Part shown: in pieces, positions 36,795 through 47,266 of the stretch
Numbering within the stretch: position 1 is the first letter of the stretch
How the letters are laid out: each line of letters opens with the position of its first letter
Source: a plasmid
Length of the DNA: 64,000 nucleotides
Sequence record: NZ_CP104305.1
Reading direction: 5' to 3' (one strand)
The notes under the pieces: model-generated
Seen by the model: the letters and a program-made list of their open reading frames with translations, nothing else
What the model was told of the DNA's origin: nothing
The model's database searches: none
Program-made: the position numbers and the translations under genes

Positions 36795-39700
36795 TTATCT
36801 TAAAGAGGAGAAAAACGCAAGTAAGCCATCTTCGAAGTCTGCGGTTTCAAAGAATCCTAAGTTCTGATCCTTTTCAATTTGTGTGATTTTATTTTTCAAC
36901 TTAGGGTTATCATTTAAGCCAACTCCTGGCAAATATAGATCATAGGCTTCGACAATCGCATTACCATTAGATCCGTGGTCAGCTGACCAACGACGTAACT
37001 TTAGTTCTTTGCGTTCAGTTCGGATGGTCTTACGTGCATGTTGCAGCGAATCCGTGTTGAAATGTGTTTTATAGTCGCCATTCTCGATTCCATCGAGAAT
37101 GTCCTCAATTTCATGTCGACTCTCGTCATCCATTGGGGTAATGTGTTCTACAACATTATCCCGGTTTTCCCGCGTCTTTTCGTCCATATAGGCATTAATT
37201 AATGCTACTAACATGTCATAATCAATGATTTCATGACTATACATATCAATGGCAATTTTGATGTTCGTCAGGTCAATCTTCTTTTCTGGCGGTAAAAGCT
37301 CATTGACATCGTTCAGACGGGCTTGCAGGGCACTGAATTCATCATTGTCCTTAATGTTTAACTTGGCCTTATCGCCAGTTACCTTGCCGTCCGCGTCTAG
37401 CACATCAACTTCTGAACCAAGTGCATAACCTTGCTGAACTAATCGTTGAACTTGTTGATTGACCTCCGATGCTAAAACCGCGAACTCCAATTGTAGCTTT
37501 TCAGAACGAGGCGTTTGACTGAAGTCTTCACCGGCAATTTCCTTAAGATGCTCAATCTTTGGTTGCAATTCATCAATTTGTGTCGACATTCTTGGTGCCA
37601 GAATATCGTCGTTAAAAAGGTTCTGTTGATCATCCTTCACCGACTTCTTTTTCGCGTCGGCAAGCGTATCATTACCACCTTTAGTATAAATGATCAAAGC
37701 TTCCTTGACATTTTCCTCCATAACGTCGCCTTTGCGGAAAAAGCGCACCTTGCCATACGGCTTAGCATTTTTGTCAATCGTTCGATTGGTACGCGACATT
37801 GCTTGAATCAGCATGCCCTCCTTAAGCAGTTTGTCGATATAGATGATATTCAGGTACTTAGAATCGAATCCCGTGAGCAGCTGATCTGACACAATGACCA
37901 AGTCAAGTCGCTGAGGATGAGCAGTTTCCTCAGCAACGGTCAATTTTTGATTGTAAGGCTTTTTGTGGGCTAAACGTTTCGTGATATCAGTTAGGTAAGT
38001 CCGTTCTGGATCCTTGTCGTCTAAGAAATTACGGGTCTGATAGCGCGTTGCATAATCTGTCATCGCCTGCTTCAAGGCAGCTTGCAAATCAGACGTCCCT
38101 TCTCCGTTATCCTCATCACGTGAATAAGTCATGGCTACGCGAAGGTCGGGAGCCAATTCTTTGAACAGGTTATAGTATGCAACGACAGCCTGCTTTCCGG
38201 AGACAGCAAACAAGCCATGAAATTGATTTGGCTGACGAACACCCCCCTGAATTGGCCCAGAATGGTTCTCTTGCCAATGAGCAAGGATGTCCTCGACCAC
38301 AGCCTTCCGGAATGGATACGAGGTATACACCTGCTTTTCTAATTCCGGCTCAGTCAGGTCAGCATTCGCTGATGCCTCAATTTCCGGCGTGTAATACGTC
38401 ACATCAAAACCAAGAACGTTACCATCGCCGATAGCATCTTTAATGGTATAGCGGTGGAGCCGCTTACCGAAGATATCATAGGTTGAGATATTCCTTGATG
38501 TCTTCACTTCATTAACTTCATCGCTATAAAAATTAGGTGTACCAGTAAAACCAAACCATGTTGTCTTTGGAAACGCCTTTTTAATCCTAGCGACAGCATC
38601 ACCACTAGCTGACCGATGAGCTTCATCCATTAAAATGACATTGCGATCATTGCATAATAACCCTGACTTAACGGCCTTATCTAAGCCCTGCACCGTAATC
38701 AAGTAGATAAATGATGGGTCACTTTTCTGCTTGAGTACTTGTTTCAGATTATGTCCATTTACAATTTGAATTCGGTCTTCAAAGGTTTTGTAGGCATAGG
38801 ACTTAAAATCGTCATACGTTTGTTTTACTAAATCAACGCGATCCACAATGAACAGAACGTTACGAACTTTTGGCATCGATGCGAGTAGTTGTGCAACCTT
38901 GAATGAAGTGACGGTCTTGCCTGATCCCGTTGTGTGCCAGATATAGCCGCCTTCTTTTTCAATATAGTTGTTTGCTTCCATCGTTCGCATGCGATCCATA
39001 ATTGCCCGTGTTGCCTGAATTTGATACGACCGCATGACCATCAGATTATCATTAGCTGCATCCGGAATCATGTTAACCGTCACTAAACGGTGTAAAGCCG
39101 GAATCCCCATCACTTGATGAATGAACGCCATGGTGGCTGTTACATCCTTACCATTGTCATCACGCCAACCAAACACGAAATCCTTATTGTATGATTGAGC
39201 GTTTTTTGGACGGGCAAAATAATGAGCAGAGTGCTGAGATAGTACAAATTGAACCTGAACAAATGAAAACAGACCGGTATACATGCCGTCATCGTCATAC
39301 TTTTGGAGTTGTTCAAACGCATTCCATTGGTTCTGCAGCGATTCATCCTTCTCTTCGATATGGACAACGGGCAATCCGTTAATCAAGAGCATGATATCAA
39401 TACGTCGTTTTTCACTCAATGTAAATGGCAGCTCACTAAATGTAACTTGGTTGACAATCTCGTAACGAGAATGACCACCGGCCACCTCATCACCATAGAA
39501 AATTTCTATCTCCAATTTTGTTCCATCGTCACGGGTCAAAGGCACTGTTCCAATGCCACCTGACCCCGCCAACATCAGCTGTGCATCGTAGGGTGTCTTA
39601 TTCTTGTTAAGTTCAAGTTTGATACTCTCGAACTCGTTGTCAGAAAGTGGTGTGCCGTCGAGCTTGCGTGCGTTGTTCTGGTTCAGAATATCACGCCAAT

Positions 39701-39806
39701 GGTGATACAGAGCCTTAGTGGTTACACCAGATAAATCATCGCGGTATGTCCAACCTTCCGATTTAAGTTTCTCAATTACCGCTTTTTCAAACTTGTCTTC
39801 CGCCAT
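36795..39806 (-). CDS. hsdR: type I restriction enzyme R subunit
   Basis: 1003 aa; DEAD-box helicase motifs (HTTGSGKT, DEAH-like ILMDEAHRS); operon with hsdS and hsdM. Confidence 0.85.
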   Translation of the reverse strand: MAEDKFEKAVIEKLKSEGWTYRDDLSGVTTKALYHHWRDILNQNNARKLDGTPLSDNEFESIKLELNKNKTPYDAQLMLAGSGGIGTVPLTRDDGTKLEIEIFYGDEVAGGHSRYEIVNQVTFSELPFTLSEKRRIDIMLLINGLPVVHIEEKDESLQNQWNAFEQLQKYDDDGMYTGLFSFVQVQFVLSQHSAHYFARPKNAQSYNKDFVFGWRDDNGKDVTATMAFIHQVMGIPALHRLVTVNMIPDAANDNLMVMRSYQIQATRAIMDRMRTMEANNYIEKEGGYIWHTTGSGKTVTSFKVAQLLASMPKVRNVLFIVDRVDLVKQTYDDFKSYAYKTFEDRIQIVNGHNLKQVLKQKSDPSFIYLITVQGLDKAVKSGLLCNDRNVILMDEAHRSASGDAVARIKKAFPKTTWFGFTGTPNFYSDEVNEVKTSRNISTYDIFGKRLHRYTIKDAIGDGNVLGFDVTYYTPEIEASANADLTEPELEKQVYTSYPFRKAVVEDILAHWQENHSGPIQGGVRQPNQFHGLFAVSGKQAVVAYYNLFKELAPDLRVAMTYSRDEDNGEGTSDLQAALKQAMTDYATRYQTRNFLDDKDPERTYLTDITKRLAHKKPYNQKLTVAEETAHPQRLDLVIVSDQLLTGFDSKYLNIIYIDKLLKEGMLIQAMSRTNRTIDKNAKPYGKVRFFRKGDVMEENVKEALIIYTKGGNDTLADAKKKSVKDDQQNLFNDDILAPRMSTQIDELQPKIEHLKEIAGEDFSQTPRSEKLQLEFAVLASEVNQQVQRLVQQGYALGSEVDVLDADGKVTGDKAKLNIKDNDEFSALQARLNDVNELLPPEKKIDLTNIKIAIDMYSHEIIDYDMLVALINAYMDEKTRENRDNVVEHITPMDDESRHEIEDILDGIENGDYKTHFNTDSLQHARKTIRTERKELKLRRWSADHGSNGNAIVEAYDLYLPGVGLNDNPKLKNKITQIEKDQNLGFFETADFEDGLLAFFSSLR

Positions 39807-39863
39807 CTACCCATCTCCTCCGAAACTGTGCAACTGCGATATTGTCGTCAATCAAGATCCGAA

Positions 39864-41096
39864 CTATACAAACATCTTTTGGAGCAGTGCCTTCTTCAAG
39901 TTTTTGAGAACCTCACCTTTACGTTTAGTTGCAGCGATAAGGTTTTCCAAGGTAATAATGAACTGAGCAACTGCAACTTGTTCGTGCACGGTTGGAATAG
40001 AAACCACTAAATCTCTTACCAACTCTGAATTAATATTGATTTGAGATCCTGGTTGTCCAAATCTAGCCCAATTAGGTCGATATTTCTCTAGGAAATAAAA
40101 CATAAAGTCCAAATCAAATTTTGGATCCATAAATACAATAAAACCGTCGTGTACACCGACCTGAATGTAGTTCTGGACTGGTTTCCCGACAGTTGCGGCA
40201 ATGCTCAATAACAGGTGCTTGGATTTTAAAACCAAAGTCTTTTTCTGACCAGCATCGGATAAGTATTGCTCAACTTGGTGTATTCTGCCGTTTTGTTCTG
40301 TAACATCTGATATTCTTATCCATCCTACCTGAGATGTTTGACTAAACCACTTTTTGTTTTTTATCGGTCTGGGGCTTGCACCTCGTCGAATATTTGCAAG
40401 CTCTCCCAACTTACGCTTTTCCCAAGCGTCAGTGAACCCCTTGAACCGAATATCGGGGATCGGACTTGTTTCAGATGCGAATAATCGTTGCAACAGGCCC
40501 TTCTTCAAGTTTTGAAGAACATCACCTTTACGCTGGTTGACTGCGATGAGGGAATCGAGGCGGGAGAAGAAGGCGCCGATCTTGGTTTGCTCGATAACCT
40601 CCTCAGGGATACCAAGCTCATACTTTGCAAGGTCAGATGGCGTAATACGCTTCTGACTATTTGAAGTTCCTGAGGACATCGCCTCCATATCCCGCGTCAC
40701 CTTATCAGACAACATAATTTGCTCAAGAAGTCCTAGAGCAACCTTATCAGAGGTAAAGGGTACGAATTCACTCGATGTAACTGCATTATCTTCAACTTCT
40801 CGAAGCCACCAAATTCTGCGCTGTCGAACGTTTAACTTGTTAATGAGCAGAACATTCCCTGATATTTTTAGGCGAAGACTCTGCATCATCTTTCCCAAAA
40901 CGACTTGCGGAGTTCTTCCATTATCGAACGCTGGCATACTGTATTCAGCAAATTTTTCAGCGGGTGTATCTTGCGGATTAATACTGTCTCGAACAAAGTT
41001 GCCAAGTTCCCCCAGCTTCCGCTTTTCCCAAGCGTCCGTGAATCCCTTAAACCGAATAGCCGGTTGAGTTCTTTGGTGGTCCCGAACATTACTCAT
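39864..41096 (-). CDS. hsdS: type I RM specificity subunit (two target-recognition domains)
   Basis: 410 aa with duplicated conserved segments (IRFKGFTDAWEKRKLGEL twice; LLQ(R/K)(L/M)F C-terminal repeats); overlaps hsdM. Confidence 0.8.
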   Translation of the reverse strand: MSNVRDHQRTQPAIRFKGFTDAWEKRKLGELGNFVRDSINPQDTPAEKFAEYSMPAFDNGRTPQVVLGKMMQSLRLKISGNVLLINKLNVRQRRIWWLREVEDNAVTSSEFVPFTSDKVALGLLEQIMLSDKVTRDMEAMSSGTSNSQKRITPSDLAKYELGIPEEVIEQTKIGAFFSRLDSLIAVNQRKGDVLQNLKKGLLQRLFASETSPIPDIRFKGFTDAWEKRKLGELANIRRGASPRPIKNKKWFSQTSQVGWIRISDVTEQNGRIHQVEQYLSDAGQKKTLVLKSKHLLLSIAATVGKPVQNYIQVGVHDGFIVFMDPKFDLDFMFYFLEKYRPNWARFGQPGSQININSELVRDLVVSIPTVHEQVAVAQFIITLENLIAATKRKGEVLKNLKKALLQKMFV

Positions 41097-42678
41097 GATC
41101 CAGAACCTCCCTTAACTCATCCAATATCTGCTGATCCTCTTGATGAGTCACCACTAAATCGCTCATCATTTCTTTCAGGTCAGTTGTAAGTCGATTTTCT
41201 TCTTTAGACAGAGCCTTCATACTACTTAATAGCTCCGCAGAATCGACTGGCTCCTCTTCTTCAAAGGTATCAACATAGCGTGGAATATTGAGGTTATAAT
41301 CATTTTCTCGGATTTCGTCCATTGTCGCGACATGTGCGTACTTATCAATATCGTGATGTGCTAGATAGGCTTCAACAATTTTGTTAATGTCTTCTTCTCT
41401 TAATTTATTGCTGTTTTTCTGCCTCTCGTACCCCTTTGAGGCGTCAATAAACAGCACATCATCAGTTGCGCGGTTCTTCTCAAGAACCATGATGATGGTT
41501 GGAATACCTGTATTCGTGAAGATCTTTTCGGGCAGGCCAATAATGGCCACAATGTGGCGATTTTCCAAAAGCTCCTTGCGAATACGTTCCTCGGCAGCCC
41601 CACGGAACAGAACGCCATGTGGCAAAACAATTGCCATCCGACCGTCTGATTTTAAATGGTACAAACTGTGCAATAGGAATGCATAGTCAGCTTTAGACTT
41701 TGGGGCAACTCCAAATCTGAAGCGTGGATCATCTTCTCGATTCGTATTATCCCACTTTTGTGAATAGGGTGGATTTGCCATGACTGCATCAAACATACGA
41801 GGGTTATCAATACCTTCAACAACACCATCAGGCCAATCACCATTCAACGTATCAGCATTACGAAGGTTGATGTCATTATACTCAACGCCATGCATCATCA
41901 GGTTCATACGCGCAAGATTGTAAGTCGTCGTAATCAGTTCTTGTCCATAATACTTAATGGCTCCACGAACGCCAGCATTTTTCATATGAGATGCTGTTGT
42001 CAGAAGCAATGAACCAGATCCCATTGTCGGATCGTACAGATTATATTCTTCAAGGTTTTCACGCCCAGCAGTTAAAATACGAGCCATAACGTCTGATACT
42101 TGGTGTGGTGTATAGAACTCTCCGGCCTTAGCACCAGAATTAGCGGCAAACATACTAATCAAGTATTCGTATAGATCACCTAAGATGTCAGCCTCTTCAC
42201 CTAGCTCCATCTTATCCATGAGGTTAATCCAAGCCATTAATGTTGCCGTACGGGTCTGTGCATTGGCACCTAGCCGTGATGAGGTGAGATCCATATCGGT
42301 AAAGATTCCGGCAAAGTTGTCTTTGGCATCTGGGCTCACACCTTGATCGAAATGAACTAAAGCATCAGAAACCATCATAATATTGAACTTGTCTTCATTA
42401 ATTGCGGTCTTCCAATCCGAGAACATGTCGCCTGGTTGAATCACATAGCCAAGGGTTCGTTGCATAAAGCCCGCCGATTTCTCAGGATTTTGTTTCCAAA
42501 CATCGGCCCATGTTTCGCCACGTAACACCTGATTAAGCCAGTGTTGGGCCTTTTCAGATAAGAACTTGTAGAACATGACTCCAAAGATGTAGTTTTTGTA
42601 TTCTGACGGTTCAATCTTTCCCCGAGTCTCGTTTAATGTCTTCCAGATTAAAGCCTCTTTGTCGGCTGTCAATGCCAT
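41089..42678 (-). CDS. hsdM: type I RM N6-adenine DNA methyltransferase subunit
   Basis: 529 aa; N-terminal HsdM-N region; catalytic NPPY (MANPPYSQKW); AdoMet motif DPTMGSGSLL. Confidence 0.85.
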   Translation of the reverse strand: MALTADKEALIWKTLNETRGKIEPSEYKNYIFGVMFYKFLSEKAQHWLNQVLRGETWADVWKQNPEKSAGFMQRTLGYVIQPGDMFSDWKTAINEDKFNIMMVSDALVHFDQGVSPDAKDNFAGIFTDMDLTSSRLGANAQTRTATLMAWINLMDKMELGEEADILGDLYEYLISMFAANSGAKAGEFYTPHQVSDVMARILTAGRENLEEYNLYDPTMGSGSLLLTTASHMKNAGVRGAIKYYGQELITTTYNLARMNLMMHGVEYNDINLRNADTLNGDWPDGVVEGIDNPRMFDAVMANPPYSQKWDNTNREDDPRFRFGVAPKSKADYAFLLHSLYHLKSDGRMAIVLPHGVLFRGAAEERIRKELLENRHIVAIIGLPEKIFTNTGIPTIIMVLEKNRATDDVLFIDASKGYERQKNSNKLREEDINKIVEAYLAHHDIDKYAHVATMDEIRENDYNLNIPRYVDTFEEEEPVDSAELLSSMKALSKEENRLTTDLKEMMSDLVVTHQEDQQILDELREVLDHE

Positions 42679-42948
42679 TGTGTTCTCCTTTGTTGTACTG
42701 TCTTATTTAGAATTGGCTTTCGCATAAACCTATACTATTATAAATGATTCTGGCACAATTGGGCTTGTAAAGGTCCCCCTCACTAATTTATGAGGTTACC
42801 TTAGTGACAGTTATTCGCTGATCCCTTGATATCAACAAATTTGCGTTTGGTTGATCAGTTGAAATGTTTTGAGGCTGCCGTGACAACTATAATCGCTTAA
42901 TGTTGGACATTAATACCATACAAAGACTTAATTTCTTAGTTCGAAAGG

Positions 42949-43330
42949 ATGGCTTCTATGAGATTATTAGTGTGGCTACTCAAAGTGTATGGACTTATTA
43001 CAATTCTGATTAGCGCATCATTTCTACCAATATCTGTTGTAGATGCGTCAACGCTACCGGCTAAGCCCGCTTCATATTATTATGACAGGGATCAAATTTT
43101 TCCCAGAAAACAAAAAGCCTCATTACAGGCACAAATAAGGCTTGGGCAGATAGTCAAAACGTTCCAGAGATTTATGTGACGACGATGACAGAAAACGGGG
43201 CAGATGTAGATGATTTAGCCTCAAATGTTTTTAAGTCTTGGGGTATCGGTCAATCAAGCAGTGATAGTGGTATCTGCAACAGGTGGTGGATCTTCTGGAG
43301 GTGGCGGAGCATCAATTTGATACTGGAATT
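42949..43330 (+). pseudogene. TPM-domain (YgcG-like) protein gene, frameshifted and truncated
   Basis: ORF1: signal/TM + YYYDRDQIF...QAQI. ORF2 in another frame: VFKSWGIGQSSSDSG. A third frame gives the GGGSSGGGGAS tail. The central part of the domain is missing. Confidence 0.45.
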
Positions 43331-43545
43331 TCTAATCAAGAAGTTGCTTAAGTTAGAAAACAACAACAGCAATTGACGACACAAAGGGGTCCCCATTTGG
43401 ACGGACTTTGTAGCACGATTCTGTACTAGAATGAAGGTAATGGGCAAAATCTGCCGCAGAATTCTAGAGGACGTTTAGTACTAATTTATAGAAGCTCGGT
43501 CATTTATGGGCGAGTAGTTCACAAAAAGAGAGGACTTAGCAAATT

Positions 43546-44088
43546 ATGAAAAAAGCTTTGGTAGGATTTGGAATTATATTAGGAGTCAGTACTCTGACGG
43601 CATGTACCTCAAAAAATGGGGAGAGCGTAACAAGCCGATCAGATGCATCTACTCAGCAAAAAGAAAGTGCATCAACAGTAAAAGCGGAACCATCCACATC
43701 CTCAGAAGAATCTAGTGCTACATCACAGTCCTCAGAAAGTAGCGAAGAGAAGAAGTTACAATACGTAATCGTTTCAAGAAAAAGCGAAAAAAAGAACTTC
43801 ATTCATGGATCAGTTGAACTACATGGAGGGGACGGAACTAAAGTAGACGTTAAAGTCGATGATAACGATATTAAGGCCGGTTCTTATCAAGCAACATGGA
43901 CGCCAGGTGCTATAGGAGGATCAAGCAAAGACTACGGTTATGGCATTATTTATATAAATGGTGATCAGAACTCAATTCAAGTGAAGCCAGACAAGCCAAC
44001 TGATGTTACATTTAAAGATGGTGATACTATTACTTTCCAATTTGCTGGTAATGGAGACAACGATAAGCTTACTTTGGATCAAAAGTAG
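43546..44088 (+). CDS. lipoprotein, unknown function
   Basis: Signal peptide with lipobox LTAC; Ser/Glu-rich linker, then a small beta-rich domain. Confidence 0.5.
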   Translation: MKKALVGFGIILGVSTLTACTSKNGESVTSRSDASTQQKESASTVKAEPSTSSEESSATSQSSESSEEKKLQYVIVSRKSEKKNFIHGSVELHGGDGTKVDVKVDDNDIKAGSYQATWTPGAIGGSSKDYGYGIIYINGDQNSIQVKPDKPTDVTFKDGDTITFQFAGNGDNDKLTLDQK

Positions 44089-44204
44089 ACCCTGGAGATC
44101 TCATCTTTTGTTATGGTTTGGATGTACTGAGAATATTCTTGCCAATGCCTCTTTCTGGACAAAATAGCTGGACTGAGGATCAACTTGGGAAGCATCCTCA
44201 TTGT

Positions 44205-44230
44205 TTTACAATAGGGTGTACCCTATTGTA
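44205..44230. promoter_or_regulatory. palindromic candidate res/crossover site upstream of the resolvase
   Basis: ttacaataggg tgta ccctattgtaa (11-bp perfect arms). The right half-site tgtaccctattgt recurs at 35656-35668, upstream of the other resolvase. Confidence 0.4.
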
Positions 44231-44289
44231 ACTAAAGAGAGAAGGGAGTATTATTAGTTACATATAAGTGACCCGGAGGCGACCTATAA

Positions 44290-44940
44290 TTGGCTAAAAT
44301 CGGTTATGCGCGTGTTAGTACGCGTGATCAAAATCTTGCACGTCAAATTGAACAGCTACATGATGCCGGTGTTAATAAAATCTTTCAAGAGAAGCTTTCA
44401 GGAAAAAATGCCGATCGTCCTCAACTGAAAGCAATGTTAGACTATATTCGTGATGATGATGAAGTAGTGGTACTGAGCCTTGACCGACTTGGTCGCAATT
44501 CTCATGATTTGACTGACATCATCGAAACCATTCGGCATCGTGGAGCTCAATTGAATGTTCTAAATCTGCCTAGCTTTGCAAGTATTGAAGATCCTAACCT
44601 TCGTAACTTGATTACGACAATTATTGTCGAACTATATAAGTATATTGCTCAAGAAGAGCGCGAAACTATTAAGATACGGCAACAACAAGGCATAGAAATT
44701 GCCAAACGCCAGGGCAAATATAAGGGCAAAATTCGCGAATATGGTCCTCATTCACCTAATCGTCAAAAACGCTATATTTATAAAGAAGCCTGTCGCCTTT
44801 TAAATAGGAAGAAAGACGGAGATGAAACTCTGACCAAGCGACAAATTGCTCGCATGTTAGGTATTGCACCAGTAACCTTATATCGCATCGAAAAGTATCA
44901 GGCAGAAGATCTAGCAAACTTTCCCCCTAGTGAGAGGTAA
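44290..44940 (+). CDS. serine recombinase (resolvase family)
   Basis: MAKIGYARVSTRDQNLARQ N-terminus with catalytic Ser; 216 aa; C-terminal HTH. Confidence 0.75.
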   Translation: MAKIGYARVSTRDQNLARQIEQLHDAGVNKIFQEKLSGKNADRPQLKAMLDYIRDDDEVVVLSLDRLGRNSHDLTDIIETIRHRGAQLNVLNLPSFASIEDPNLRNLITTIIVELYKYIAQEERETIKIRQQQGIEIAKRQGKYKGKIREYGPHSPNRQKRYIYKEACRLLNRKKDGDETLTKRQIARMLGIAPVTLYRIEKYQAEDLANFPPSER

Positions 44941-44945
44941 ACATC

Positions 44946-45230
44946 ATGATAGATTTAAGGGGCAAACGAATTCTCTTTACCGGCCGTTTGCGATCTTTTC
45001 GTCGTTTCCAGGCACAACAGTTAGCAACTATTCTAGGAGCAAAACCTGTCAACGGGATTGACAAAAATGTCGATATCCTTGTGGTTGGTATTATTAGCAA
45101 ACCCTATGATCAACTACTTACCACTCAAAAGTTAACGTATGCTAGAACCTATGGCATTCCAAAGATTGACGAATTAGCCTTTATTTCATGGTGCCAATGG
45201 CGATTAGATCAATTGAAAACAACTCTTTAA
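44946..45230 (+). CDS. small BRCT-domain-like protein
   Basis: GKRILFTGRL...FRR..AQQLATILGAKPVNGIDKNVDILVVG matches the BRCT pattern of NAD-ligase-type C-terminal domains. Confidence 0.4.
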   Translation: MIDLRGKRILFTGRLRSFRRFQAQQLATILGAKPVNGIDKNVDILVVGIISKPYDQLLTTQKLTYARTYGIPKIDELAFISWCQWRLDQLKTTL

Positions 45231-45259
45231 GTACCTTCTTATCAAACGGGGAGATTAGT

Positions 45260-45592
45260 ATGCAAAAGCGTATCGATTTGGCCAATCAAACGTTTGGACG
45301 ACTCACAGTCATTAGTTTTTTTGGAAGCAGTTCTAATGGAAACGCGCTTTGGCTCTGTCAATGTCAATGTGGAAATAAATGTATCGTTGACAGTCAACGA
45401 CTTCAAAAAGGACTCACTCGCAGTTGTGGGTGTTTGCGATCAGAAATAAGCAGATCAAACATAAAAGCTAATAACCAGACTAAAAAATACATGGGCAATC
45501 CCAAGAATTTTCAACTAATTAATCGAACAAATTTAGTTGCTTCTACACTTAAACGGTCCAATAACAAATTCGGCATGATAGGTATTAGTTAG
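45260..45592 (+). CDS. zinc-ribbon (CxC...CGC) protein of phage/plasmid type
   Basis: FGRLTVI...WLCQCQCGNKCIV...SCGCL four-Cys motif; the ATG at 45260 has RBS gggaga. Confidence 0.4.
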   Translation: MQKRIDLANQTFGRLTVISFFGSSSNGNALWLCQCQCGNKCIVDSQRLQKGLTRSCGCLRSEISRSNIKANNQTKKYMGNPKNFQLINRTNLVASTLKRSNNKFGMIGIS

Positions 45593-45651
45593 GCTAAAAC
45601 GACTCAAAATTAGGTAGCACGACTTCACTTTCAAAGCCATCTTAATAAACC

Positions 45652-45909
45652 GTGTATATGTTCATGCGGAGGGTGCAATCGCTGCTCCAAAGACAGCAAA
45701 AAAGGATATCATTCCTTTGCAAGAGCAATATAATCAATCACACCAACAAAATTGAACAAATTGATCAGACAATCCGAGTAGGCGCAAATCCCATTGCTTA
45801 TACTGCCGATGAACCTATAGAAAAGGCGCTTCGTCATAAAATGGTTCAGTACTGTAATCCTCCAAATGGCATAAATATTAAGACTAGTTTTCAAGAAAGG
45901 AAGCCGTAA
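45652..45909 (+). CDS. hypothetical protein
   Basis: 85-aa ORF. Confidence 0.25.
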   Translation: MYMFMRRVQSLLQRQQKRISFLCKSNIINHTNKIEQIDQTIRVGANPIAYTADEPIEKALRHKMVQYCNPPNGINIKTSFQERKP

Positions 45910-45910
45910 C

Positions 45911-46282
45911 GTGCGTTTATGGCATCAAGATTTAATTCAGCAACTCCCAAGACAACAATTATTGGGACAGCATCGTGAAATTGCGGCGCTTCGCGGTAAT
46001 GGATGGGGACGGAAACACGCTACCGTTAATTACGTATTTGCACATTCCCCATATAAATTATTTCAATTTCACTGTATTGTGTTACGTGAAATGGAAAAAC
46101 GAGGTTATCATCCAGATCAGAAATGGTATGATCCTCTGTATCGAGGTCAACATTGCCCAGCATACAAACAACTCAATCCGGTTGCACTCACAATACCCAT
46201 CTATCCTGAGCATGACCAACGATATAAACATGTTTGCTTAACCAATTTACAAAACAAGGGAATCTTTTTAAACCTTCCGTGA
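45911..46282 (+). CDS. pyrimidine-dimer DNA glycosylase-like (T4 DenV/endonuclease V family) protein
   Basis: N-terminal MRLWHQDLIQQLPRQQLLGQHREIAAL resembles the DenV N-terminal helix (L..L.DQHLMAEYRELP); size ~120 aa. Confidence 0.4.
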   Translation: MRLWHQDLIQQLPRQQLLGQHREIAALRGNGWGRKHATVNYVFAHSPYKLFQFHCIVLREMEKRGYHPDQKWYDPLYRGQHCPAYKQLNPVALTIPIYPEHDQRYKHVCLTNLQNKGIFLNLP

Positions 46283-46394
46283 TCCTAGTCTGCGATGTTC
46301 ATCTTGGGACATAGGATTGACAAAATAGTATCTCAACAATATATTTACTAAAAGTAAATAAATAGCCAGTATTACGTTGATAGGAGAAAATCAA

Positions 46395-46793
46395 ATGGTA
46401 AACCTTACAGAAGAAATGAAAAATATGTTAAAGAATCAGCTCCCCTTTCTAGCAACAACAGGAAAAGATGGCAAACCTCAAGTTGGTCCCAAGGGTTCAC
46501 TACATGTCTTAGATGACTCACATTTAATCTACTTTGAGCACACCTTTAGGCAGGCCTATAATAATCTCTCGAACAACCATTTGGCGGCGGTTGCGGTTGC
46601 TGATAGAGGCGCTCAAAAGGGATTTCGCTTTGAGGGAACGGCTCATATTCATGAAGCAGATGACTTTGCTAATCAGATTCTAGATAAAACTAACATCTTT
46701 GATCGTTTCCCACGCGCTGGCGTGGTGGTCATTGATGTTGAACGAATCTATAAATTGGATAATACCTTAGAAGCTGGTATTCAAATCGCCTAG
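46395..46793 (+). CDS. pyridoxamine-5'-phosphate-oxidase-like (split-barrel flavin-binding) family protein
   Basis: LPFLATTGKDGKPQVGPKGSL pattern typical of PNPOx-like/general stress protein 26 family; RBS aggaga. Confidence 0.45.
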   Translation: MVNLTEEMKNMLKNQLPFLATTGKDGKPQVGPKGSLHVLDDSHLIYFEHTFRQAYNNLSNNHLAAVAVADRGAQKGFRFEGTAHIHEADDFANQILDKTNIFDRFPRAGVVVIDVERIYKLDNTLEAGIQIA

Positions 46794-47266
46794 GGTTTTT
46801 AAAACAAATTCAACCGAGTAAGTCGAAGAACTTTTTAGTGTCCAAACTCATACAGTGTTTATTTCATGTCATTAAGTATTCATTAGCAAGCAGTTTTGTT
46901 ATACTTTGGTTAGAAGTGATAGAAGTACGTCTAATTCTTAAGAAACCCGTAGCTTACTGTTAACGCCATTACTTCGAGCGTGTCGATTTTCGATACGCCT
47001 TTTTTTGTGTTATTGGATAAAAATCATCCAATAAAAATGAAATATCAAAAAAGACGACTTCTACTATGGAAAGTCGTCTCTGATGAACCCGTTTTTCTAA
47101 TACTCATTCATGTTGCATCGTCTTGCTTCAAATGCTTGAAATATACAGACATAGTGTTTAAATAAGTTGGCCGGTTTCAGTTTATTAAACTCAATATCAG
47201 TCTTAAAATATTGATTCTTTCCTAATTTAAAGTAACCCAAAAAGATATTAGACAAATTTTGAGATC

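Noticed and set aside
46980-47165. 61-aa ORF in the sortase-downstream spacer
   Set aside because: AT-rich intergenic region, no RBS. An adjacent hairpin suggests non-coding spacer.
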